Source of the DNA: a virus | Reading direction: 5' to 3' (one strand) | DNA length: 64,000 bases | Virus record (IMG/VR): IMGVR_UViG_3300044998_001357 | Span: 84,784-148,783 of that record | Shown: positions 19,635-29,800 of the stretch, piece by piece | Layout: each line of letters opens with the position of its first letter | Numbering within the stretch: position 1 is the stretch's first letter | Made by a program: the position numbers and the translations under genes | The notes under the pieces: model-generated | What the model saw: the letters and a program-made list of their open reading frames with translations, nothing else | The model's database searches: none | Told to the model about the DNA's origin: nothing

Positions 19635-19951
19635 GCACACACAAACCCATTCTCGATAGTCGACCACAGGCCCAGTCGGAACTTAATCCACCTTTGCAAT
19701 CCTGCAAGGGGCGTAATGAAAAATTTTGCCGACACACCGCGAACTCCTTCATAATTTTATTTTTTAATTGTGTGAGTTATCGTTAGCGCCGTGCTCCAAG
19801 GCGCAACAGCGAAAAATAAAAATTTTGTGGTAGTCAAAGCTTGGACTCTGGAGATAGAATTAAGCAGGCCATGTTAAGGAGGAATACGTAAATACAGAAT
19901 AAGACAAGAGTCAAGAAACTAAGATTCTAGTGGTCGGTAGTAGACTGCGTC

Positions 19952-19957
19952 GGTGTA
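19952..19957 (+). promoter_or_regulatory. Candidate late promoter GGTGTA
   Basis: 27 nt upstream of ATG 19985, the first gene of the divergent tail operon. Confidence 0.5.
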
Positions 19958-19984
19958 GTATCTCCTAGGATAAGGGGGATTCTA

Positions 19985-20518
19985 ATGCCAAATAAAGTCT
20001 ATACCGCCAATGAGCAGCGAATCTTTTTCGTAGCACCCACGGTCGCCTCAGGACTGCAAAACACCTCGATATTGGTAGCTGGGCTGCCCCATGGTTCGGG
20101 CTATGTGTCCGACCCCAGGGATTTAGGCCCTTTTCCCCGCACGACGCTGTTCAACTGGCGTGCTCGCATGGCTTGTCAGTCCAATCCCACCCTCAACGGC
20201 AAACTTCAGTTGTTCTGGGCTGGTTTTGATAACCCGGATGATATCTCGCCAACAGGCACCCTGATTGGTATGGATGGCAATCTGGGAAGCGGCAACCACA
20301 TGATTGCGGGTCGCGAACGTAAAAGCAATTTGCAGTTTCTGGGTTCCATCACCGCCGACCGCTCTGAGTCGGGAGTTGCCTTTACCAGTAGCGGCCAATG
20401 CCAACTCCAGAGTCGCTTTGGGTCGCTCGTGGCGTGGAATGAAACCGGTGCGCAGCTGTCGACCCAGGATAACGCCTTTGTCTTCAGTCTCACCTTTGCG
20501 CCGGAAGAAATCCAATAA
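19985..20518 (+). CDS. Putative virion structural protein
   Basis: 177-aa beta-rich ORF, RBS AAGGGGG. Confidence 0.6.
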   Translation: MPNKVYTANEQRIFFVAPTVASGLQNTSILVAGLPHGSGYVSDPRDLGPFPRTTLFNWRARMACQSNPTLNGKLQLFWAGFDNPDDISPTGTLIGMDGNLGSGNHMIAGRERKSNLQFLGSITADRSESGVAFTSSGQCQLQSRFGSLVAWNETGAQLSTQDNAFVFSLTFAPEEIQ

Positions 20519-20572
20519 CTCCTGCAGTTCATACAAACAAGTCATTATTGATTTTTGTTTGGAGAAACGAAG

Positions 20573-21838
20573 ATGACACCCGAGGGATTGGTGGGTTTTT
20601 GGCCCCTCATTCTCGATTGGTCAGATATGGCAATGGGGCACATTACTCAGGAAAATCCCGCCTCGGCACTAATTAGCCAGGGGTCTCGCGGGCAGCGGGC
20701 CGGGTGTCAATTTGAACAGGTCTATCCAGGGCCAAGCTTGACGTGGTTGGAGGTGGCCAGCGACCCTGTCTTTTCCTTTGACTACTCCCAGACCTGGAGC
20801 GTTTCGGGCTGGTTCTGGCGAGATGCCAACGATTCGGTTCCTGCCCCCTATGCCTTGTTTTCCAAGATGGATAGTACCGGGCAGACAGGCTGGGAGGTGC
20901 TCCTGTCTTCCACAGGTGCTTTGACCGCACGACTGGTTAGTGACCTGGCCGCCTCTCAAGGGGTCGAGGCGATATCCCAGACCGCTGCTGCTCAGGATGG
21001 GCAATGGTTTCACTTTGCCGTGTGCTTTGATGGTGTGTTTCGGTTCTGGCTGGATGGTCGCCCACTTGAAAGTATAACCACTTTTAACACTCCAGTGGGA
21101 AATCCGGTCAATACAGACACGCTCAAATTCGCCGGAAGAAAGGCCGGCAACGAAGCCAACTTTAATGGTCTGCTTCGATTGATGCGAATCTACGACCGTG
21201 CCTTAAGTGATGATGAGATTTCACGAATCTACAGAAAAGAATCATTCGTCGGTACGCACAAACGGCTCGCACTCCGCAGGGTGCCGCCCCTTACTCAGCT
21301 GGGTCGCTTGGACCTGATGGTCGCGGTTGATTTGCCGGTCGCGCACCAGGCCGCTGTATCCTTGATGGTGAATGGGCACAACTTTGTGGGAAATGGTTAT
21401 TTTGGCAGTCTGGACCTGACCCTGTATTGCGGTCCGGATGGGAAGAGACCCAACGCCGCCCTGGTCTTGTTTCTTGAGACCACCACCACCGAAAGTATTC
21501 GCCGAGGTATGAATCTGACACTAAGTGGTCAGAACTGGTCGGCCTCCCAGGGTCTGGAACTCTGGCTCAACAATTTGCAAACCGGGCTGACTCAGGGCAT
21601 AACGCTCTGGATTCGGGGCCAGGAAGCCCAAGAGACCGCCTCGCTTGGCTGGTTCCTTGCCCGAAATCCCAGTGAAGCGATGACACTCTACCTCCAGGCA
21701 CCCGGAGAGCAACAATCCCAGGCGGTGCCTTTGTTTGTTGGTGGCGAAACAGGGCAAAATTACTCCCTGGAACTGGTGGTCGCGCAAGTAACGGGAGCTT
21801 CGGCAAAGGGCAGCATTCTTTATACCCACGGATTCTAA
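20573..21838 (+). CDS. LamG/concanavalin-A-like domain tail protein
   Basis: GLVGFWPL, WSVSGWF, DGQWFHFAV, WLDG, FNGLLRLMRIYDRALSDDEI; C-terminal LxLx(V/L)xG repeats. Confidence 0.8.
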   Translation: MTPEGLVGFWPLILDWSDMAMGHITQENPASALISQGSRGQRAGCQFEQVYPGPSLTWLEVASDPVFSFDYSQTWSVSGWFWRDANDSVPAPYALFSKMDSTGQTGWEVLLSSTGALTARLVSDLAASQGVEAISQTAAAQDGQWFHFAVCFDGVFRFWLDGRPLESITTFNTPVGNPVNTDTLKFAGRKAGNEANFNGLLRLMRIYDRALSDDEISRIYRKESFVGTHKRLALRRVPPLTQLGRLDLMVAVDLPVAHQAAVSLMVNGHNFVGNGYFGSLDLTLYCGPDGKRPNAALVLFLETTTTESIRRGMNLTLSGQNWSASQGLELWLNNLQTGLTQGITLWIRGQEAQETASLGWFLARNPSEAMTLYLQAPGEQQSQAVPLFVGGETGQNYSLELVVAQVTGASAKGSILYTHGF

Positions 21839-21841
21839 GAT

Positions 21842-23284
21842 ATGAGTGTTAGTTACGATGGCAAAAAGCTGATACCGGCTCCGTTTATCTCCATCCAGAG
21901 AGAACACATAACCAGAGAAGATGGGACGCCCCTTTCCTCTCTTTACACTCTGGTGGTCAAGGGGAAGTTGCTGGCCGACCGTGGTTCGCCCAATTCTCAA
22001 GGGGTGTTTCATCAGCTTTCGGGCTATCCCGCCAACGAATCCCTGGTTGGTCCTAACCGGTTTGGGTCCATTCTGGCCAAACAAAAAGCGTTGCAAAACC
22101 TCTTTGCGACCGATGGCAGGCTGTTCGAGGTTCAGGCCTCGGAAAACCACCCGCCCTTGAAATTCCGACCCCGGATTCGCCGGGTTGACATCCCCGAAGG
22201 AGAAGGTCGAGGGGGTAACTGGACCGAGTATTGCGAATATATCATCACCATGGAAGCAGACAGTATTGATGGTCTGCTTGATATCGCAAACTCGTTGCGG
22301 GTTAGCAAAGTTTCGGAAGATTGGTCGATTGAAATCCTGGATGAAAATCGTAACACCTATCGATTGTCCCATTCCGTGTCGGCCACGGGCAGACGACTGC
22401 TCGATGATAGCGGCAATTTACTGGAAAATAAACAGGCTTGGGAGCACGCCCGCGACCATGTTCTCAACACCCCCGCTGTCCAGGGCAAGGGTATCGGCCT
22501 TGGACTCAAGCCTGAGCGCATGGAAGCCCCCGGCGTCCTCAACGCCTCTTCGCTGCAGGCGTTTAACTATTTACGAACCCAATCGATTGGGGAAGCGGCG
22601 GGCACTTTTGCGGTCAATGAGACCTGGGTATGTTTTGACCCCCAGGGTCAACCACCCGCCGTCAGCGAATACAATATCGTCATCCGTAGTTCGACCAACG
22701 ATAATCGGACCACTGTTTCGGTCGATGGGTCCATCACCGGTCTAGAAGTTCGCGACAATACGACGCATGATATTATCTCGACGCGATGGGATAATGCTTA
22801 CGCGAAATGGACTAATCATGTTTCGCCTAATCTTTTTACAACCGCCCAAAGCGCGACAGCGACAATTCTCAACCCGATTCCCTTAAGCAGCCAACAAGGG
22901 CAGAATCGGCTTAGTGGCACCATCACTTACACCTACGAATTTGACAATCGGCCTGTGGCGACCACACCTGGTGCCCTATCCGAAAGCATCACGATTCAGG
23001 ATGTCGGCGCTGCGGATGTGTTTGCCACCCTGCCTGTGCTGGGTCGACCCCTGGGGCCTATTCTGCAGGGAATTGGGACCAAGACCGCAAAGAAGCGAAC
23101 CATCAATATCGAAATTCAGATGCCGCCCGCCACGACCAATTCGGTAAGCAGTCAGCCCAACACCAACACGGTGGTTTTGTTGTATCTCCCGCCGGGAACT
23201 CAGGTCTATCTTGAGCAAGACGATGAAACCTGGACCCCGCTGACCGGCCGTTATACAAGAAACACTGTTTATGTGTGGGTGTAA
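21842..23284 (+). CDS. Putative tail (distal tail/baseplate) protein
   Basis: 480-aa Thr/Ser-rich beta protein in tail context. Confidence 0.6.
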   Translation: MSVSYDGKKLIPAPFISIQREHITREDGTPLSSLYTLVVKGKLLADRGSPNSQGVFHQLSGYPANESLVGPNRFGSILAKQKALQNLFATDGRLFEVQASENHPPLKFRPRIRRVDIPEGEGRGGNWTEYCEYIITMEADSIDGLLDIANSLRVSKVSEDWSIEILDENRNTYRLSHSVSATGRRLLDDSGNLLENKQAWEHARDHVLNTPAVQGKGIGLGLKPERMEAPGVLNASSLQAFNYLRTQSIGEAAGTFAVNETWVCFDPQGQPPAVSEYNIVIRSSTNDNRTTVSVDGSITGLEVRDNTTHDIISTRWDNAYAKWTNHVSPNLFTTAQSATATILNPIPLSSQQGQNRLSGTITYTYEFDNRPVATTPGALSESITIQDVGAADVFATLPVLGRPLGPILQGIGTKTAKKRTINIEIQMPPATTNSVSSQPNTNTVVLLYLPPGTQVYLEQDDETWTPLTGRYTRNTVYVWV

Positions 23285-23355
23285 ACATAGCTTTAAATAA
23301 TCCATCTTTTGTTTATTGTGTGATGCCACAAAACAGATTCTAGTGGCCAACCCTC

Positions 23356-23384
23356 TTGCAAAATCCATGATGGTTATATAGACT
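23356..23384 (+). promoter_or_regulatory. sigma70-like promoter of the lipoprotein gene
   Basis: TTGCAA-N17-TAGACT in an AT-rich gap. Confidence 0.55.
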
Positions 23385-23452
23385 CATTTTGTCGCCCCTG
23401 GGCTGGGGAGACTCTAAACGCTTGAGGACAGGTAATTAGGAAGACTAACACA

Positions 23453-23857
23453 ATGCAAACAAAACCTTTTCTTGCCATTCCCCTTTTGTGCCTGTTCGTT
23501 GGCTGCGAGCGACCCGCAACCAAGCCTATTCCACAACCAGCTTCTCCGCCTAGTAAAGTTCCAGAACCGTGGTTACAACCACGGCCGGTTGGTCTGACTG
23601 AGAAAGAGAAGGCAATCAAGGAGTTATTGCTCCGAAAAATAGCTCAAAAACGAGCTCGCGAGCGTGATAACGATGAGCATGAACTTCATCTAATCACCGA
23701 AAGGATGCGCGCCGCAGCCGGAAATCAGCCACGATTTCGCGCATCACGAGTCGGTGAGTACACTGAATACTTCATGATTGGACTTCGAGAAGCATTCAAA
23801 GACGCAACACCTGAAGATGTGATGATAGCCATGCGGAATATGGGTATAACTCCCTAA
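23453..23857 (+). CDS. Predicted lipoprotein (moron-like)
   Basis: MQTKPFLAIPLLCLFVG|C lipobox followed by a Pro-rich linker. Confidence 0.75.
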   Translation: MQTKPFLAIPLLCLFVGCERPATKPIPQPASPPSKVPEPWLQPRPVGLTEKEKAIKELLLRKIAQKRARERDNDEHELHLITERMRAAAGNQPRFRASRVGEYTEYFMIGLREAFKDATPEDVMIAMRNMGITP

Positions 23858-26800
23858 TCCAGATTGACCCCCGAATCAGGCATTTGCTCTCGGAAGATGC
23901 GGTTGAGCGAGGCACGCACTTCCTTGGTAATCATGGCCTGAATTTCCGGGCTAATCCGAGACAGAACCTCTGCGCCGTTGATGTTGACATTCACCTGGTG
24001 AGTTCCCTGCAGGGTAATGTTCTGCGGGATTCGTGAAATCGCGTCCGCCAGGGCGTTCGCGCTCCCCAAAAAGGAGGTGAACCCCTGGGAAAGCCGGCCC
24101 ACGACCTCACCAAACCCACCCGCCGCCCGCACAAACGCATTAAGTGTACGCGACAGCTGGTCGATTGCCTCACGCGGAATGGAGGGGCCAGGGATGGACT
24201 GACCACCAACCGCACCACCCTGATTGAGTCGCTCCAGCGTGGGAGCACCCAGACCGCTGGCGGCTCGGCGGTTGAGGACAAACTCTCCTGGGGTGAGCAG
24301 GGCAGGGACAGTATCGAAAATTCCCGAACCCGGAACAGGACCGCCCGTGGCCATCCGGAGCGGTCGCTTTGCACCCACCATCACCACACCGGGTTGTGTG
24401 ACGCTACGCAGCCAACGCTGATACTCGCGACTCTGGCTCGCGTTTTCTTTCCGAATCATCCCTTCGCGAGAAAGCAGGCTCATGGCGATGTTGCGCTGCC
24501 CGTCTTCGCCGGGACGACCCAGCCCGCCAAACGAGCTTCGCTGGATGAAGTTCTCCATCTGGCTCGCCATGGCCAGCTGACCGACCTGAGCGGCCACAAA
24601 GAAGCGTTTTTGTCTCTCGTTAAACTTTCTGTCTCGAAACAGGTTGTTGCGAATGTAGTTGTTCGCTACCCAACCCTGAAGAACCATTGCCGAGGCCCCA
24701 AACGGGTTGATTGCTGCCTCCATTCGCAACTGCTCTTCGAGCTCAGCCGTGCCACCACGCGCCAGATAGACCGGGGAGGTCGACGAGTTAATCCGGCGCA
24801 GCAGTCCGGCGTTAGCCTGGGCAGAACGCCGATTGACCACGAACTCGCCCGGGGTCAGCCAGGCCGGAACCGTGTCCGTTCCCAGGGGGGAGCCAGGATG
24901 GCCGGCGACGTTGCCGCCGGTGGCCAAGCGAGCGGGAGCACCCTGAGGTGGGACATTCCCACCGGGAATTTGTTGCCGCAGACGAGCAATGGTGTCGGCC
25001 AGGGCCTTGAGTTCGGAGTTAACCTTGTTGATTTCCGTACCCAGATTTTCCAGCCGGTTATCCGTGGTATTGAAGGCGTTGAGGGCTTCCAGGAACTCCT
25101 GAGCGGCCCGTGGCCCTCCCTGCTGAAGCCGCTTTTCCAGTCCGGCGGTATCAAGACCACGGATGCCTCTGAGGCTTGCTATCGCTGTTTCAATCTCTTG
25201 ATTCACACGAGCAAACTCACCGCCTGCTTTGGCGTCTCCCAACTCTAGTTTGATTGCCTTACGAATATCATCTCGGAGTACTCGATTATAACCGTCGGGT
25301 GTATGTACCTCCTCAGGAGTGATTGGTTTGGTTCGCACTTTTGCGAATCTTTCATAGGCGATTCGTTGAGCCGATTTCTGATCAACCCCCTGATTTTGGA
25401 GCCACCGAAACAGAGATTCTTGTTGTTGCGGCAAATTCCCATTAATTTGAACATTGTCAACATCGGCAAGCGCTCGTTCTCGTGCTGTGTTGATTTGCGA
25501 GCGTTGCGTTAGCCCACGAATCAGCGACTCGGCGCTTCCCCGCTGGTTCTGAAGGGCGACATATTGGTCGGTCGTGGTGACGCCAATACCGGCAAGCATA
25601 TCACGTTGATTGGCAAGTCGTCCCAGGCGACCACTTTGCGCACTGAGAATGCCCTGACGATTTTCCGCTTCGACCAGGCGTTCTTTCAGCAGAATCGCCT
25701 CCAGACGAGCGAAAAACTGCTCCTGTTGGGTGCCTAGATTACGGAAGAACTCGGCCGAGTTCTGTTGCTGGAATTGAATCAGCTGTATAGTGGCATCCTC
25801 GGCAGCCTTGAATCGCTGACCAATAACATCCTGGAGTTGCCGCTCTTCTTGTTGTTGACCATCATTCAGCCGGAAGGCACCGCCAAACGAATTGGAAAGT
25901 AGATTCTTAAGCAGGTCGTCGGCCCGGGGCGAGCCGGCAAAACCAGTCAACGTCACACCACCGGCCGACCGGAGCGTCTCGATGATGGAACGACGGTCGT
26001 CAGCGGAGAAGTTATCGAGATTCCCCTGGCGGGCCGCCTCATTGGCCAGAAGTAAGCCCCGGTTCATCCGCACCATCTCTTCAGGCCCGGCGGTGGCAAA
26101 CCGTTCGGCAAGCCCCAGTCGGCCCTCCTTTTCCTGCTGAAGTCGGGACAGCTTCTCTTGAGCAACCGAAGTCTGATTGGTGACATCAGTCAGATTGCGC
26201 AAAGCGGTCTGCAGGTCGGCGGCACGCGATTTGAGACGGAGCACTTCTTCGGCCGCTTGAGCAAAAGCGGGGCCTCGACCACCGGTTTTGATAAACTCCT
26301 GTTGCTGGTTTCTTTCAGCATTTAGAAGTTGCGCACGGGTCTCACCCAAGCGACGACCCAAAAGGATAGGGTCAAAAGCCGCAGGCCCTGCCACACCCGC
26401 CAGTCTCGACTGCCGAGAGCGCTGACCAAACTCCAGCTGCTCTAGGCCGGCAAAATCCAGCGCCTGATTCCCACGTCCTGCGCGACTTGCCATGACTTCC
26501 AGATTCTGACGGAAGCGACTGGTTTGTACGGAGGCTAGTTGGTCAAAGGACTCGCCAATCTGACGCAGACGACTAGTCAGTTGAGTAAGCTGCTCGGTCA
26601 GTTGATTCGCGTTGTCCTCCAGTTGACGTGCAACCTTACCGCCGATGTTTTTCAGGGGCTCGGCAAGATTCTGTAGTAGGCTACCACTCAGCGCGGTGGT
26701 ATCCACCTGAACCTGATTGATGAGGTTGGTCAGGCCCCCTCGGTCACTACTAAGTTCCTCGTTGAGCCGTCGACGTACCGAAGCCCGGGCGACACGAGCC

Positions 26801-29800
26801 TCCGTGTCGTCACCCAGACGCTCGCGCAGCAGACGGTCCACCTGAGTGACAACATCGGCCTCGGAATTGTTTTGCGCGCCGGCTACCACGGTAGCCAAAA
26901 TTCCCGGCAGAACACGCGACAGATTGTCCACCTGCGTGCCGGTGTTCAGCAACCTGGCACCCATTTCGCCACCTATGGCAGCAACCGTTTGCAGTGGCTG
27001 CAACCCCCCCCGGTCCAGTCTACCCAGCTGGTCCAGGTTTTCCGCACGAATCGAGACACGACTCGCTCCAATGGTCCCGTCAAAGACCTCAGCCAGGGCC
27101 TGACCACGCTGGCGAAGCTCCAAAAGCGAATCGGAGGCTGATTGAACAGCAAGCAAAAGACGACCAAACGAATTTATATTCTTCTCGTCTGTCTGTCGTC
27201 CCTCCAGATTACGCCGCTCGCTCAGGGTTGCCTGTTGCCCCTGGAGCACACTTTTGCGTAACTCTAAGAAAACATCATCAATGGACAGACCACGAATCGA
27301 GGCAATTAGTCGCACCAGTTCGTCGTTGAGGCCATCACCACTCGCACGCAGCTGCTGAATAATCCGACCAATATCTCCGTTGTATTGGGCTCGGCCCAGC
27401 GATTCCGCGTTGCGTTGCAGGTAGGACATCATCGAAGGCAGCTGCTGACCGAAATCCTGTCGTAGTGAGCGAGCCTGAAGTTCGCCAAAGCCCTTGGGGT
27501 CGTAGCCGCTGAAGAAGTAGGTCGAGGCAATCCGGTTTTTCTCAAACGCCTCTGCTCGGGCGGTTCGCAGCGAATCCCTGGCGGCGGTGATAAACCGACC
27601 ATCGGTGGCCGGACCAAGATTGGCGAGTTGCTGAATCTTGTCGGAAAAAATAGTAAGAGCGTTGTTGATTTTGACCTGGCGAATCTCATCGGCACTCTCT
27701 CGCAGAGCGGACACCACGCCTGCGACACCGCCAACAATTGCGCCCGCCGCACCGCCAATCACCGTTCCCACCAAAGGAATCATGCTGCCGACCGTGGCAC
27801 CGATGGTTCCACCCACCAGAGCACCTTGCAATCCCCCTGAAATCGCCCGGTTGTTCGCATAGTACGAGGTGGAGCCGGCGGTTACCGCGTCTTCCACCCG
27901 GCCTGCACGATTATCAAAGAACGCCGACATCGCCGGAACGGCCATCATGGCCGCAATGGCACCCGGGCCTGAGAAAATGTTGGCAACCGGACTATTGTCC
28001 AGTCGTTGGGCCAGCCTACTTGGTGTGGTCAGCCAGTTCCCCACCGCGCCCGCCATGCCGCCCAGGCGGTAGCCCAGACCACCTGCCAGGGGTGCATCAA
28101 TACCTCGCGTATTGGCCTGTCGGACCGTTGATTCCAGACCCGCGATTTGTCCCGTGTTTAAACGTATCACACGAGCCTGACCCGACATGGCGGCTGCCAC
28201 ATCCTCGGTCGCCTTGCGATGAAGTTCCATGGCCGACATTTGCGGGTTGAGCTTCGCAAGCAATCGGCGTTGCGCCGAATAGAGTTCTCGCTCCGTTTTG
28301 GCGGACTCGGCGGCAAGGGCCTCTTGTTGAATCCGTGTTTGAGTCGTTTGGCTTAAATTATTTGCTCCACCCAGCCGACTCATTCGCCGATTAGCTTCCG
28401 TTTGCGCACGAGAGGCCAATCCGCCAGTAGGTACAATCTCCCCCGCTTCGTTCACCTGGGTGAGCGATTCACTACGAAGACCGATGCTCTGCAACATCCG
28501 CTTTTCAAGAATGGCTAGCTGGGTCGGCGACAGAGACCCCTTGGCCTGCTCCAGGAATGGGGTCATATCCTTAGAGCCGGAATTCCGGAATTGCTCCAGG
28601 ATTCGCATCGTGACCACACCCGGGTCGTTTCGATAATCCTGAAGTTTTTGTTGGTTGTACCGAGCCTGTGCTTCTTGAGCCCTGACCTGTGCTTGCCTTT
28701 TCTCTTCCTGTTTTTGACGCATTTTCGCTACGGCTTCTTCCCTCTTCTTGGAACCGGCGGCTCCAAAGGCATAGACAGCTGCGCCTGTACTTTGGTCTTG
28801 AAGCATCGCTTCTTGGCGTTGTCGAAGAGGGTCCACATAATTTCTGGCCTGGTATCGTTCCTCCTTCTTTTGCATCATTTTTTCGCCGGCTAGGTTTGCG
28901 ATAATCTGCTCTTGATATCGCACTGCCTCCGGGTCAGATTGAATCAGATTGGGATTAAATCCGGGGTCACGCCGCTTGACGGAGTTATCGAAATCTTTCT
29001 GGGTTGCCTTGACCTCCATTTGGAATTTATAATTATCGAGTGCTTTCACGCGTTCGGCACGCAATTTTGTACCGGGAAGACCCTGAGAAACGTATGCGCC
29101 CGGCATACCGGTACTATCTTTTACCATCTGTTTTACATACAGAGGGTCAGCATAACGGTTGCTTTCTTGACGCTGACGCGATTTTTCCATGGCCTGGGCA
29201 GCACGAGCAGCAGCCAGTACCTGCTCTTGATAATGGACAGCCCGTGGGTCTCTGGCCATCAGTGCCGGATTAACCTCGGCCGTGGAGCTAATTCCCAAGA
29301 CCTTCGGTCGAGACTTGTAAGCCTCAAGCTCTTCTAGTTTCTTCTGTCGTAACGAACTACCCGGCAAGCCGTAAGCAACAAAACTACCCGGCATCCCAGA
29401 TGTATCTTTCGCGTACTGTTTAAGGTACAAAGGGTCAACAAAAGGGTTGTTTTGTTGTCGCTGCAACCGAAGAAGAGCAATAGTCGAAGCAGCCGCCTCT
29501 GCCTGGGCTCGTTCAAAATTACGACCCTGCCGTAGCTGTCTTTCAACTGCTTTGTCTAGATTTACTGCACGTGTTGCAGCAAGCATTTGTTCCTGATAAC
29601 GAACCGCTACCGGGTCTTTTGCGGCAAATGCCGGATTGGGTAAACGAGCCAAAAACCATGCCTGCTCCCCGGACTCGGACGGTGTCGACGAAGAGGCGCG
29701 ACCGCTTGTAGGCAGCTGATTCAACCAGGCCGGCGCGGGCATGGCAGGGTTGAGCCCCACGAGGGGGTTGTAGCCTAGTTGAGGGTAAGGCGGACGACCC

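Noticed and set aside
23278-23283. GGTGTA as promoter of the lipoprotein gene
   Set aside because: It is formed by the last codons and stop of the upstream gene, lies ~170 nt from the start, and a sigma70-like promoter is closer
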